Source: an uncultured Bacteroidota bacterium
Lineage (GTDB): Bacteria; Bacteroidota; Bacteroidia; Bacteroidales; SZUA-534
NCBI GenBank assembly: GCA_946404125.1
Contig: CAMJCK010000002.1
Location: 39,710-103,709 of the forward strand
Length of the DNA stretch: 64,000 nt
Direction: 5' to 3'
Shown: positions 44,101 to 53,386 of the stretch, one piece after another
Position numbering within the stretch: the stretch's first letter is position 1
How the letters are laid out: every line of letters starts with the position of its first letter
The notes under the pieces: model-generated
Databases searched by the model: none
The model's input: the letters and a program-made list of their open reading frames with translations, nothing else
Told to the model about the DNA's origin: nothing
Made by a program: the position numbers and the translations under genes

Positions 44101-45861
44101 TTTCGGATAGAAAATCACGTTCTGCCGCTCGCTCACGTTCACCTTTGGCACGCCTTGAATGGCAAGGTCCATATTGCGCAGGTTCAACACCGCGTTGGTT
44201 GCGCCCGACACGGTTTGCGACTCGAAACGGATAAGGTCGTAGTCGATTTTCTCGACAATGCAATCCAAGTAACGGTACATTTTGGGCTTGATACGGCAAA
44301 GGTCGGTGCGTGTGTCATAATCCACTATTCCTTTGTACGTCAGGCCGATAAGCAATCGTTTTGTAACCACAAGGCTCATATGGATGTGGCGCGAGAACTC
44401 CTCGGCTGTGAAGGGCGCGTCGCCATATTTCCGAGCAAAGCTGCGCAGCATCAGGTAGGGGTGCACATCTTCGAGCCCCTGGTCCTCGTAGTACCGCTCC
44501 GAGCTGAAGTAATTCTCCGACTCGAACGTGGCCGTACTGATGCTACTGCCCAGAATATTAGTGAAATAGATGTTGCGGTCGTTCATTGTCCAGCTCAGCA
44601 GACCGAAGTTCATCTCCATATTGTGATACGAGTCGTAGTAGGGGCTCCGCGACAGGTTTTCGGGGTTGTTGTCGCGGATGAGGCTTATCTCGCGCTTGTT
44701 GTTGGCATATTTGAACTGAAGGCCCGGATGGTAGATGGAGTCGCTGCCGATGGCGATGTTGATTTTGGCGTTGGCCGATGTGATGGCGTCTTTCCTGATG
44801 CCAAAATATTCCGACGACACCTTCATAAACAGCTGTTTTTTAAGCAGCGTGTCGCCCTTCTCGTTCACATACTCCACATCGCGGAAGATTGAAAGCCTGG
44901 CGGGCTCGGCCACAGTGCCTGTTCCGGCCACCTTGCCGCCCATAATGGTGAATCCGCCAACATAGTTGATGTCGGTGAAAAGGTCCTCAATATCAAAGGT
45001 TTTCTCGTCGGAACGGAATTGCGGATACGATGTATTGCCCGATTTTGTTGTCTCCGTAACCTTGTCGGTGAGGGTGCCTTCAAGCGGATAGCCGAAATAT
45101 CCTAAATGATAGAAAATCACGTTTTTAATTGAGTACGACGACTTGTTGAGCAGAATGTTGTACGACTCAATTTCGGCCCACGACGAATCGCGCGAGATGC
45201 CTGCCTTGTCCCAATAAACTGTGGCCTGACCGCCTTTCCATCGGTTCGATATTGGGTTGTAGATGCCCTTTGTGTCGTAAATCACAATGCTGTCTTTGCG
45301 CACTATACACTTGAGGTCCAGGCTGTTAAAGTAGTAGCATACGGTATCGTTGATTTTGTTAATCTCAAAGCGGCTGTTACTGCTGACCCACCTCATTCCA
45401 CCCGACACGTAGATGGCTTTGTCGCGCAGCATATAAATGATACTCACCACATACTTATCTATATCGTTGAGTTTCATTGTCTTATCGTACAATATTGTGT
45501 TCAGGCCCTCACACCACTCCTTGTAGTTGCCCTGCTGCGTCATCTCATTTTCGCAAAACACCAATAAGGCATTGATATAGTTGAAGATATGCGGAAAATT
45601 CCGGGCACGGCGAGAAATCATCTGATTCGCGAGCTCATAAATTTTCTGTTGCTGCTCCTCGGTAAAAGCACCGCCGTGCCAGTAAGGCGCGAACTCCTTG
45701 AGCAGCAGCTTGCCGCTCTCGTAGTTGGCATCCGATTTCGCAAAAAGCGCTTTCAGCTCATCCATAAACACGTATGGGTCGGGCGTGAACATTTTTGTCT
45801 GCGAAAAGGCCGTGCCAACCATTACCGCGAAAAACCCGATGACGAGTAGTATCTTTTTCAT
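41182..45861 (-). CDS. Large (1559 aa) secreted protein of unknown function with a polyacidic C-terminal tail
   Basis: Signal peptide MKKILLVIGFFAVMVGTAFSQ. Uninterrupted 4.7-kb ORF. Last ~55 aa are D/E/N/G/T-rich. Overlaps the proB start by 11 nt. Confidence 0.8.
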   Translation of the reverse strand: MKKILLVIGFFAVMVGTAFSQTKMFTPDPYVFMDELKALFAKSDANYESGKLLLKEFAPYWHGGAFTEEQQQKIYELANQMISRRARNFPHIFNYINALLVFCENEMTQQGNYKEWCEGLNTILYDKTMKLNDIDKYVVSIIYMLRDKAIYVSGGMRWVSSNSRFEINKINDTVCYYFNSLDLKCIVRKDSIVIYDTKGIYNPISNRWKGGQATVYWDKAGISRDSSWAEIESYNILLNKSSYSIKNVIFYHLGYFGYPLEGTLTDKVTETTKSGNTSYPQFRSDEKTFDIEDLFTDINYVGGFTIMGGKVAGTGTVAEPARLSIFRDVEYVNEKGDTLLKKQLFMKVSSEYFGIRKDAITSANAKINIAIGSDSIYHPGLQFKYANNKREISLIRDNNPENLSRSPYYDSYHNMEMNFGLLSWTMNDRNIYFTNILGSSISTATFESENYFSSERYYEDQGLEDVHPYLMLRSFARKYGDAPFTAEEFSRHIHMSLVVTKRLLIGLTYKGIVDYDTRTDLCRIKPKMYRYLDCIVEKIDYDLIRFESQTVSGATNAVLNLRNMDLAIQGVPKVNVSERQNVIFYPKNEEILVKKDLCFDFGGRIDAGLFTFHGSNFSFNYNDFMVELSQVDSLNIRVKAGIDEQGLQLLSEVQSTIENITGKLKIDEPDNKSGRKNLKQYPIFASEKDSYVYYDDPDIQDGKYPRDTFYFQIYPYTIDSLNTFATEGMKFEGELHSADIFPIIKQGLVLQEDNSLGFVEQTPNNGYPAYRGKGTFHNSIWLSNMGLRGNGELDFSDARMMSNDFVFFPDSTNGVTTALNIAEQKGVHTDVLGTKVYVHWEPYKDILVMKDLGQPLRMFGGEVAFSGILNYHSRSMDGRGIVDLYDGRLTSSRFEFKQTTFSSNNAKFEIGSNLSDKLAISTENVKVDVDMTTKLASFKSNLGNGRIDFPENLYAAWIEQFAWKMVEKKMQFTSAGATQMFASGRVSRIEPEAAKTATKGSLFLSVHKGQDSLNWVSPVADYDLKTSIISAHQVELLAVADANIFTADGEVTIQPMAKMKTLKGAKLVADTENQYHKFKDVTVDVLSRKQYYGHGDYTYTESDGTVEYISFDPIAVDSTGQSYGSGKIRFEEDFSLSPHFSYQGQVKMEARKPLLRYIGSTKMHHGCSIGESWIKFNGEIDPQDVFIPLDEQPMSHGDEFLVSGGMMATDSVHIYPAFLTPRKLYSNVPVATATGFLHYNSKTNVYEISTKERMAQPDSLDNYLCIKKDGCTINSDGDINLVANLGRIKMVNKGSTVYKIDDDRYTLDMISTLDFFIPAAAMKRIADTLKAIEGLQPASLISDTYTRGVRSILGSAPAKKMLNEQRIFGTLNVIPPELNTTFMFSELRMVWNKKVNCWQSTGELGIANLCGAQINKKVKGTLEVERKRSGDGLTLYLEITPELWYFFTYKRGFMQVLSSDKEFNDIVHSIKGSDRKMPAQRGQASYMFMMAENKKKNDFIKHLQGFEVEEDDQIVDEDGNVMEFDDENGPEGETEGQNEGDENAENEQTENETDTEDAE

Positions 45862-45879
45862 TATCTGCGTGTTGGTGAT

Positions 45880-46713
45880 TTACAATTTGATGAATTTTGC
45901 CGATGTCCAGTCGTTCTGCTCAATCTTGCCCACAAAACCGAGCCCTACCGATTGGGCTTTTTCTTTGAGAACATCAAGGTCGGCCGAATAGAATCCGCTC
46001 AGACACAGTATTCCGCCGGCATTCAGGGCCGCTGAGTATGTGGGCATCTGGTCGAGCAGAATATTGCGGTTGATGTTGGCCAGAATCACGTCGAAGTGGC
46101 CGCTTATGGCCTCCACTCCGCCCTCAATAACAGTTATTTGAGTGCCGTTGCTGGCGGCGTTCTCCTGCGCGTTCTCAACCGACCAATGGTCAATATCGAT
46201 AGCCGTAACGCTCTGAGCTCCAAGTTTTTTTGCGGCAATGGCCAATACTCCGGTTCCGCAACCCATATCGAGCACTGTTTTATCCTTCAGGTCAATGTCG
46301 AACATCTGCTGAATCATCAGTGTGGTTGTGGCGTGGTGACCAGTGCCGAAAGCCATCTTCGGCTCGATGATGATGTCGAGCGAGCAAGATGCGTCGGGTT
46401 CGTGAAACGGCGCGCGGATGCGGCATTTTCCGGCAACGGTTATCGGCGTGAAACTTTTCTCCCACTCGGCGTTCCAGTCTTTGTCGGGCACTGGCTTGCT
46501 TTCAATTTTGAGCGACTCAAAAATACCCTCCACAGGCTCTATTGCCGCCTGGGTGGCCGCAGCGTCGAAACTGGCGGTAAGAATGTAAGCCGACAAGCCA
46601 TTGGGCGTCTCCATAAAACTGTCGTAGCCAATTTCTGCCAGCAGCGCGGTCAGAATCTCTCGGTTATCGGGCGTGGCCGGGCTGAAAATCAGTTGAGTTT
46701 CAGTGTATTGCAT
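45880..46713 (-). CDS. prmA: Ribosomal protein L11 methyltransferase
   Basis: SAM-binding motif VLDMGCGTGVLAIAA and ANINRNILL. Confidence 0.93.
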   Translation of the reverse strand: MQYTETQLIFSPATPDNREILTALLAEIGYDSFMETPNGLSAYILTASFDAAATQAAIEPVEGIFESLKIESKPVPDKDWNAEWEKSFTPITVAGKCRIRAPFHEPDASCSLDIIIEPKMAFGTGHHATTTLMIQQMFDIDLKDKTVLDMGCGTGVLAIAAKKLGAQSVTAIDIDHWSVENAQENAASNGTQITVIEGGVEAISGHFDVILANINRNILLDQMPTYSAALNAGGILCLSGFYSADLDVLKEKAQSVGLGFVGKIEQNDWTSAKFIKL

Positions 46714-46728
46714 TGTGTTTAATTTTTC

Positions 46729-46736
46729 GCAAGATA
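46729..46736 (-). promoter_or_regulatory. Candidate -7 box TATCTTGC upstream of prmA
   Basis: Same octamer as at 14073, 58198 and 58795. 15 nt before the ATG. Confidence 0.45.
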
Positions 46737-46851
46737 ATAAATTACATTGTTGTCTGCCAAAATATATTTATCACTGCTTCAATGACCGCCACAACGCTCT
46801 TTTTGTTTCATTTCCGACTGATTTAAACGGCATTTAATCGGACGAGCTGAA

Positions 46852-46882
46852 AACAAAAAAAAGAGCCGCACAAGGCGGCTCT
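46852..46882 (-). terminator. Intrinsic terminator after the BI-1 family gene
   Basis: Stem AGAGCCGC / GCGGCTCT followed on the - strand by TTTTTTTT. Confidence 0.8.
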
Positions 46883-46904
46883 CAATTATGCTTTGTTTGT
46901 TTTT

Positions 46905-47663
46905 TTATTTCCGGTTTGCAACGATGGCCAGCAGACGCAGAATCTCAATATAGAGCCAGATGAGCGTCACCATAAGGCCGAAAGCTCCATACCACTCAAA
47001 AAATGCCGGAAGACCAGCCTCTGCGCCCTTCTCAATAAAATCGAAATCCAAAATCAGGTTGAGCGCCGCAACAGCCACAACCACAAGGCTGATGATTAGC
47101 CCCAAGCTGCCGCCGCCGAACATAAACGACATATTCACGCCAAACAAACCGACGATGAACGTAACAAAATAGGCTAGCGCAATGCCAATGGTGGCAGTCA
47201 GAATAATGGCGCGGAAACGCTGTGTGGCTCTAATCACGCGCGTTTTGAACAGAAACAGCATAGCAAACATAACGCTGAAGGTGAGCAGCACGGCGCGCAT
47301 CACCAAGCCGGTGTACATCAGCTCGAAATAAGCTGACAGCGAGCCCACGCAAAGGCCCTCGCACACGGCATAAATAGGCGAGAGGAACGGCGCCCACTCT
47401 TTCTTGAACGAGATGACAATGGCCAGAATGAAACCGGCAATGCTGCCGCCAATCATCCACCCCTGAACCGGAACGGCGCCGGTTTCAGCGGCTGTCATAA
47501 TCTTGCTCCAGGTGAATGTGGCTCCAAGAATGACAAGCGCAAGCAGCAGAGCCACTTTGTTCACCGCGCCCTGAACGGTCATTGCGCGGTCGGTGGCGAG
47601 TGAGGCATAACGGTTGATGATGCCCTCGCCAAGTGTCGGATTTGATGTTTTGTCGAAATTCAT
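46905..47663 (-). CDS. Bax inhibitor-1/YccA family membrane protein
   Basis: 252 aa, about 7 TM segments. The N-terminus SNPTLGEGIINRYASL...AMTVQGAVNKVALLL is typical of the COG4760/BI-1-like family. Confidence 0.8.
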   Translation of the reverse strand: MNFDKTSNPTLGEGIINRYASLATDRAMTVQGAVNKVALLLALVILGATFTWSKIMTAAETGAVPVQGWMIGGSIAGFILAIVISFKKEWAPFLSPIYAVCEGLCVGSLSAYFELMYTGLVMRAVLLTFSVMFAMLFLFKTRVIRATQRFRAIILTATIGIALAYFVTFIVGLFGVNMSFMFGGGSLGLIISLVVVAVAALNLILDFDFIEKGAEAGLPAFFEWYGAFGLMVTLIWLYIEILRLLAIVANRK

Positions 47664-47806
47664 ATCACAGATGTTTTAAGATTTTCAGGCCGAAGTTACG
47701 ACAAATTTTATACCAAAGCCCCGCCAGCCGTTTCCACTGAAATTTTGGCAGAAAACCGCCTCTCAATTTTTTGTTTTTTTCTTTTCCGCTTTCGCGAAGA
47801 TGCGCT

Positions 47807-48487
47807 CTATGCAAGCTCCTCAACAATTTGTCGGCCAATGCTTTTGGCGAAATCCGTTTCGGCGTCGGCAAGGTTTTCCGCCGTGCGTTTCAGTTTGCCG
47901 GTGCTGTCTGGCGATTTTTCGGCAATGGTGCGGATTGTGGCCAGGAGCGGTTGCGCTGTTTCGGTCAAGCCGCGACGGGCAATGTTGCCGATGTTGGCTG
48001 TGAACCATTCCGTGAGCTCCGCAGCGTTGGCTGATTGGCGCGACACCGCCCACCCAACAGCGTGGATTGCCGCAACTGTCTGCCATCTGTCGCCGCCGCA
48101 AAGGGTGTCGAAGAAGGCTGTGTCGGCAATTTTGCTTACAATGTTCTGTGCAAAGTTCTCGGCCATATCAATGTTTGTTATCGAATTGAATATAAGCGCA
48201 AAATCATCACTGGTCAGTTGTTTGGCGTCAAAAAGCATCGATGCCAGGATGCGCGCCTCGCGAATGTTGAGCTGGCAGAGTCGGCGGGCGAGAGCGTGGT
48301 TGGTGCCGGCTTCGGCCGCAATGCGTCGCAGGTCGGGTAGGGGCACGCCGTAGTTCATAAGCCCGCGCACGCCCGACTTGGCCATCAGGCTGGCCACGGT
48401 TCCGTTTTGCAGCATCACAGCTTTTTGCATAATCTGCTTAAGCTCCGTGTCGTCAGTATGTTGCAAGTGTGTTGGTAGTCCGAACAT
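47807..48487 (-). CDS. DNA alkylation repair protein (AlkD-like HEAT-repeat family)
   Basis: NYGVPLPDLRRIAAEAGTNHALARRLCQLNIREARILASMLFD matches the family's conserved core. Confidence 0.72.
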   Translation of the reverse strand: MFGLPTHLQHTDDTELKQIMQKAVMLQNGTVASLMAKSGVRGLMNYGVPLPDLRRIAAEAGTNHALARRLCQLNIREARILASMLFDAKQLTSDDFALIFNSITNIDMAENFAQNIVSKIADTAFFDTLCGGDRWQTVAAIHAVGWAVSRQSANAAELTEWFTANIGNIARRGLTETAQPLLATIRTIAEKSPDSTGKLKRTAENLADAETDFAKSIGRQIVEELA

Positions 48488-48498
48488 CGTTTTTTTGG

Positions 48499-48506
48499 CA
48501 AAGATA
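48499..48506 (-). promoter_or_regulatory. Candidate -7 box TATCTTTG
   Basis: Exact TAnnTTTG match, 11 nt before the ATG at 48487. Confidence 0.45.
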
Positions 48507-48573
48507 AAAGCATTTGGTTTACGCGAGTCAAGGTGCAGCGCTAGTTGAATGGCGTAGTGCGTTTAATACCCAA

Positions 48574-48607
48574 CAAAAAAGGCCTGCCAACCGGCAAGCC
48601 TTTTTTA
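48574..48607 (-). terminator. Intrinsic (bidirectional-looking) terminator after infB
   Basis: A-tract, stem AGGCCTGCC / GGCAAGCCT (one mismatch), loop AACC, then a T-tract. Confidence 0.8.
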
Positions 48608-48626
48608 CTATCTAATCAACTGATTA

Positions 48627-51470
48627 TTACAGCGTTCTCTTAACCTCAGTCTCCTCGTAAACCTCAATCACATCGCCAACCTTAATATCGTTGTACTTGT
48701 CGATATTCAAGCCGCACTCCATACCGGTGAGTACCTCTTTGGCGTCGTCTTTGAAGCGTTTGAGTGAGCCGAGTTCGCCAGTGTAAACCACAATACCGTC
48801 GCGGATGACGCGCACCTTCGATGTGCGTTTAACCTTACCGTCGCGGACAAAGCAGCCTGCAACCGAACCAACCTTCGAAATCTTGAACACCTCGCGAATC
48901 TCAACCGTACCGATAACCTCCTCTTTGATTTCAGGCGAAAGCATACCTTCCATAGCATCTTTCACCTCGTTGATGGCATCGTAGATGATTGAGTACAAGC
49001 GGATATCCACCTGCTCTCGCTCGGCCAGCTTGCGGGCGTCCATCGACGGGCGCACCTGGAATCCGACGATGATTGCATCGGAAGCGGCGGCCAGCGTAAC
49101 ATCCGACTCTGAAATCTGACCAACGGCCTTGTGAATGACGTTGACCTGAATTTCGGGTGTCGAGAGTTTGATGAGCGAATCCTGCAGAGCCTCTGCCGAA
49201 CCGTCCACGTCGGCCTTGACAATGATGTTGAGCTCGTGGAAGTCGCCAATTGCCTTGCGGCGGCCAACCTCGGCCAGTGTAAGGTGCTTCTGGGTGCGCA
49301 AGCCCTGCTCGCGCTGCAACTGCATACGGCGGTTGGCAATGTCGCGAGCCTCTTTGTCGCTGCTCACAACATTGAATTTGTCGCCCGCCTGCGGTGCGCC
49401 GTTCAAGCCAAGAATCAATGCCGGTGTCGAAGGACCTGCCGCGTCAATTTTGCCGCTGCGCTCGTTGTACATTGCCTTCACGTGGCCTGTGAAACTGCCG
49501 GCAAGCACAATGTCGCCAACCTTCAGCGTACCGTTCTGCACAAGCACTGTGGTCACATAGCCGCGGCCTTTGTCAAGTGCCGATTCAATTACAGTTCCCG
49601 AAGCCAGCTTGTTCGGATTTGCCTTCAAATCAAGCAGTTCGGCCTCAAGCAGAACCTTATCGAGCAGCTCGGCAACGTTGATGCCCTTTTTGGCCGAGAT
49701 GTCCTGCGACTGATATTTGCCGCCCCACTCCTCAACCAAAAGGTTCATATTGGCCAAAGCCTCTTTTATCTTGTCGGGGTTTGCACCCGGTTTGTCTATC
49801 TTGTTGATTGCAAACACAATTGGAACACCAGCCGCTTGCGCGTGGTTGATGGCCTCAATGGTCTGAGGCATAATGCTGTCGTCAGCTGCAATCACAATAA
49901 TCACAATATCAGTGATTTGAGCACCACGGGCACGCATCGCGGTAAACGCCTCGTGGCCCGGAGTATCAAGGAAGGTGATGGTTTTGCCGTTTTTCAGCAC
50001 CACGCTGTAGGCGCCAATGTGCTGGGTTATGCCGCCGGCCTCGCCAGCAATCACGTTGGCGTTGCGGATGTGGTCGAGCAGCGATGTCTTACCGTGGTCA
50101 ACGTGGCCCATCACAGTGATGATTGGCGGACGCGGAACCAAATCCTCCTCGTTGTCCTCCTCATCGGTGATGGCCTCGAGCAGGTCGGCGCTCACAAACT
50201 GCATCTTGTAACCGAACTCATCGGCAACCAAGGCCATTGTCTCGGCGTCAAGTCGCTGGTTGATAGATACAAACAGACCCAGATTCATACAGGTTGAGAT
50301 TACCTCGGTCACCGAAACGTTCATCATTGTGGCCAGCTCGTTAACCGACACAAACTCGGTGACTTTCAGCACCATCTTTTCTGCTTCCTGGCGCTCAATC
50401 TCCTCCGCCGATTTCTGCCTTACATCCTCGCGTTTCTCGCGACGGTGAACGCTGGTTTTGCTCTTGCCCTTCGGGGCTTGCAGACGTGCCAGAGTGTCTT
50501 TAATCTGCTTCTGCACATCTTCCTCATTCACTTCCTTTTTCAGGAATTTTGATGCGCCTTTCGGGCCTTTTCCGCCCTTGCCGCCCTTGCCGCTGTCAGT
50601 CGGCATACCAACATCGACGCGGTCTTTCTGTATGCGTTTGCGTTTTTTCTTCTTGCCAAACTCGTCGCCGCCTGAATGTTTGCGGTCGTCGAGGTCGATT
50701 TTGCCAACCACATTGGGCCCCTGCAGCTTCTCAACCTTTGTGTTGATGAACTCAGGCTCAACACGTTGCGGACGGTCGTCGTGCTGCTTGTTGCTGTTGT
50801 TGCGAGCTTCGGCCTGCTGCTGGATGAGCTTCTTCGATTGAGCCTCGCGCTCCTTGCGGTCGCGCATCTTCTCCTCTTTCGACTTCTTGGCCGGACGAGT
50901 CTTGGTGTTGAGCTGGTCGAGCTCGATTTTGCCAAGTATTTTCACGTCCTTCACCGGCTCCACCTTTGTTTTGATGAGCTCCGGCTCTGGCTGTTTCGGT
51001 TTCGGCTTGGGTTGCGCCTCTTTCGGGCTAGCCGAAACAACAGGCTGACTCTTCGGCGCCGGAGCCGGAGTTGGTTCGGGTTTCTTGGCTGGTTTCTTGT
51101 TCAAGTCGATTTTGCCAACCACATTGGGGCCTTGCAACTTCTCGACCTTAGTGTCAACAAACTCCACATTGGCCGGCTCCGGCTCTTTTTTGGCCGGTTC
51201 AGCCTGCGGCTCCGAGAATTCGTCGGTTGCGTAAATCGATTCCTTCTTTGCCCGCATAGCGTTCAGCTCAATCTTCTCCGACGCCTCTTTCACCTTGATG
51301 TCGCCGCTGTATTCCTTTTGCAGAATCTGGAACACATCGAACTCAATTTTGGTATTCGGACCGTCGTCGGCCGAGATGCCTTTTTTGTGCAGAAATTCGA
51401 GCACAGTGTTGACGCCTACGCCAAAGTCGCGTGCTATTTTACTTAATCTCAGTGGTTTGTATTCTGTCAT
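48627..51470 (-). CDS. infB: Translation initiation factor IF-2
   Basis: G-domain motifs [19 protein letters not shown] and NKID. Long low-complexity N-terminus. Confidence 0.97.
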   Translation of the reverse strand: MTEYKPLRLSKIARDFGVGVNTVLEFLHKKGISADDGPNTKIEFDVFQILQKEYSGDIKVKEASEKIELNAMRAKKESIYATDEFSEPQAEPAKKEPEPANVEFVDTKVEKLQGPNVVGKIDLNKKPAKKPEPTPAPAPKSQPVVSASPKEAQPKPKPKQPEPELIKTKVEPVKDVKILGKIELDQLNTKTRPAKKSKEEKMRDRKEREAQSKKLIQQQAEARNNSNKQHDDRPQRVEPEFINTKVEKLQGPNVVGKIDLDDRKHSGGDEFGKKKKRKRIQKDRVDVGMPTDSGKGGKGGKGPKGASKFLKKEVNEEDVQKQIKDTLARLQAPKGKSKTSVHRREKREDVRQKSAEEIERQEAEKMVLKVTEFVSVNELATMMNVSVTEVISTCMNLGLFVSINQRLDAETMALVADEFGYKMQFVSADLLEAITDEEDNEEDLVPRPPIITVMGHVDHGKTSLLDHIRNANVIAGEAGGITQHIGAYSVVLKNGKTITFLDTPGHEAFTAMRARGAQITDIVIIVIAADDSIMPQTIEAINHAQAAGVPIVFAINKIDKPGANPDKIKEALANMNLLVEEWGGKYQSQDISAKKGINVAELLDKVLLEAELLDLKANPNKLASGTVIESALDKGRGYVTTVLVQNGTLKVGDIVLAGSFTGHVKAMYNERSGKIDAAGPSTPALILGLNGAPQAGDKFNVVSSDKEARDIANRRMQLQREQGLRTQKHLTLAEVGRRKAIGDFHELNIIVKADVDGSAEALQDSLIKLSTPEIQVNVIHKAVGQISESDVTLAAASDAIIVGFQVRPSMDARKLAEREQVDIRLYSIIYDAINEVKDAMEGMLSPEIKEEVIGTVEIREVFKISKVGSVAGCFVRDGKVKRTSKVRVIRDGIVVYTGELGSLKRFKDDAKEVLTGMECGLNIDKYNDIKVGDVIEVYEETEVKRTL

Positions 51471-51534
51471 TTGCTTCTTTAGAGTTCGTTATTTTTATCT
51501 GAATGACTGTCTTATTGTTGGTTGCAACGGCTAT

Positions 51535-52758
51535 TTATTCAAATTCGGCTTTCAGAATTTTCAGCACGTCGTTGATTGTATTCTCCTCAAGGTCAGTACG
51601 ATGAACAAGCTCGGCAGCCGGAATCTCGAGAACGCTCTTTGCTGTGTCGCAGCCAATGGCTTTGAGAGCGTCGAGCACCCAGCCGTCGATTTCGTCTGCA
51701 AATTCCTCAAGGTCAACATCTTCCTCGTCAACCGACTCACGGTAAACATCAATCTCATAACCAGTCAGTTGGCTGGCAAGTTTAATGTTGGTACCACCCT
51801 TGCCGATGGCCAGCGACACCTGGTCGGGCTCAAGGTAAACGTCGGCTTTCTTGGCCTCCTCGTTAATCTTAATCTGCGACACTTTGGCTGGGCTCAAAGC
51901 GCGCGAAATGTAGAGCGAAAGGTTGTTGGTGTAGTTGATTACATCGATGTTCTCGTTGCGCAGCTCGCGGACAATGCCGTGGATGCGGGCGCCCTTCATA
52001 CCAACGCAGGCTCCAACCGGGTCAATGCGCTCGTCGTACGACTCAACGGCCACTTTGGCACGCTCGCCCGGGATGCGCTTGATATTCTTGATGGTTATGA
52101 GTCCGTCAAAAATCTCGGGAACCTCAAGCTCGAACAGTCTTTCGAGGAACAGCGGGCTTGTGCGCGAAAGAATTACCAGCGGGGTTGAGTTGCGCATCTC
52201 CACGCGGACAACCACTCCGCGGACGCTGTCGCCCTTGCGGAAGAAATCGCTCGGAATCTGCTCTGTCTTAGGCATAATCAACTCGTTGCCCTCGTCATCG
52301 ATAATCATCATCTCCTTCTTCCAAACCTGATAAACCTCACCGGTCACAATCTCGCCGATGCGGTCTTTGTATTTGGCGTAGAGCTGGTCCTTTTCGAGTT
52401 CCATAATGCGGGTGGTCAGGTTCTGGCGAAGCGTCAGGATTGAGCGGCGGCCGAAATCCTTCATCTGCACCTCGTCCGACACTTCCTCGCCAACCTCATA
52501 ATCCTCATCGATTTTCTTTGCCTCGGTGAGCGAAATCTCCTTGTTGGGGTCTTTCAGGTCGGCATCCTCAACCACCTCGCGGTTGCGCCAAATCTCAAAG
52601 TCGCCCTTGTCGATGTTGATGATGATGTCGAAGTTCTCATCGGTGCCGTACTGCTTTACCAATGTGCTGCGGAATACGTCTTCCAAAACCCTCATCATTG
52701 TGGGGCGGTCGATGTTTTTCAGTTCCTTAAACTCTGAAAATGTGTCGGTTAGATTCAT
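51535..52758 (-). CDS. nusA: Transcription termination/antitermination factor NusA
   Basis: S1 and KH domains (GACVGMKGARI, AIGKGGTNI). Sits between rimP and infB. Confidence 0.97.
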   Translation of the reverse strand: MNLTDTFSEFKELKNIDRPTMMRVLEDVFRSTLVKQYGTDENFDIIINIDKGDFEIWRNREVVEDADLKDPNKEISLTEAKKIDEDYEVGEEVSDEVQMKDFGRRSILTLRQNLTTRIMELEKDQLYAKYKDRIGEIVTGEVYQVWKKEMMIIDDEGNELIMPKTEQIPSDFFRKGDSVRGVVVRVEMRNSTPLVILSRTSPLFLERLFELEVPEIFDGLITIKNIKRIPGERAKVAVESYDERIDPVGACVGMKGARIHGIVRELRNENIDVINYTNNLSLYISRALSPAKVSQIKINEEAKKADVYLEPDQVSLAIGKGGTNIKLASQLTGYEIDVYRESVDEEDVDLEEFADEIDGWVLDALKAIGCDTAKSVLEIPAAELVHRTDLEENTINDVLKILKAEFE

Positions 52759-52782
52759 ATTTTCTCTTTTTATCTGTTTATG

Positions 52783-53247
52783 TTAAAAAATTATTGTTTC
52801 CTTGACTGATTTAATCTCGGCGAATGCGTAAGGCTCTGTTTTAGTAACCTTTACGGGACGTTTTGCGCCTTCGGGCTTCTCTTTGGTCTCATATTCGAGC
52901 AGAATGCCCTCAGCGTTGGCCTCGCGCAGAATGCCGTTGAGTTTGATTCCGCTGTTGAGCAGAACCTCAACCGTTCCGTTCAAGATTTTGGTGTACTGCT
53001 GCAGCACTTTGAGCGGCTGCCCCACGCCAGGCGACGATACTTCGAGCGCGAAATCCTCCACCTCACGGTCGAGTTGCGACTCAATGTATTGGCTCATCTC
53101 CACGCAAGTGTCAACCGAAATGCCTTCGGGCGAGTCGAGCGTTACGGTGATATTGTTCTGCGTATCTACCTTAACCTCAACCAAAAACAGGTCGGTGTCG
53201 GCAATGCGGCTCTGAACAATCTCTTCAATCTGCTTTTTGTCTATCAT
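52783..53247 (-). CDS. rimP: Ribosome maturation factor RimP
   Basis: 154 aa. LEVSSPG motif. Conserved rimP-nusA-infB order. Confidence 0.92.
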   Translation of the reverse strand: MIDKKQIEEIVQSRIADTDLFLVEVKVDTQNNITVTLDSPEGISVDTCVEMSQYIESQLDREVEDFALEVSSPGVGQPLKVLQQYTKILNGTVEVLLNSGIKLNGILREANAEGILLEYETKEKPEGAKRPVKVTKTEPYAFAEIKSVKETIIF

Positions 53248-53254
53248 AGTTTAT

Positions 53255-53286
53255 TGTAATAAAACAGGGGACTTACTTGCCCCCTG
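53255..53286 (-). promoter_or_regulatory. Leader hairpin plus U-tract between the promoter box and the rimP ATG (candidate attenuator)
   Basis: On the - strand: CAGGGG-(10 nt)-CCCCTG, then TTTTATT, 7 nt before the ATG. Confidence 0.45.
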
Positions 53287-53310
53287 AATCAATTCTCCAC
53301 TAAAACGCTG

Positions 53311-53318
53311 CAAATATA
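53311..53318 (-). promoter_or_regulatory. Candidate -7 box TATATTTG for the rimP-nusA-infB operon
   Basis: Exact TAnnTTTG match. Confidence 0.45.
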
Positions 53319-53362
53319 GGCATTTATATTATATGTGCAATAGAAAATTTGCGCAATCCCGT

Positions 53363-53386
53363 AGAGACGCAATGCATTGCGTCCCT
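53363..53386 (-). terminator. Hairpin with an 18-nt perfect palindrome GACGCAATGCATTGCGTC overlapping the topB TAG stop
   Basis: Read directly. The arm GTAGAGACG is shared with the hairpin at 28188-28215. Confidence 0.6.

Noticed and set aside
42841-44892. A 683-aa ORF antisense to the 1559-aa gene
   Set aside because: Same reasoning. The sense ORF is 4.7 kb, uninterrupted, and has a signal peptide. The antisense product is V/L/R/H-rich and lacks any domain-like sequence.
49131-50297. A 388-aa ORF antisense to infB, plus other shadow ORFs in nusA, topB, topA and gldK
   Set aside because: All overlap genes with strong family motifs on the opposite strand. None has a recognisable motif.
50540-51200. 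Internal repeats in the IF-2 N-terminus ([17 protein letters not shown] twice, plus a third diverged copy)
   Set aside because: The repeats are real, but repetitive low-complexity N-terminal regions are common in IF-2. The nucleotide copies carry many synonymous differences, which indicates an old duplication. Not unusual enough to report.
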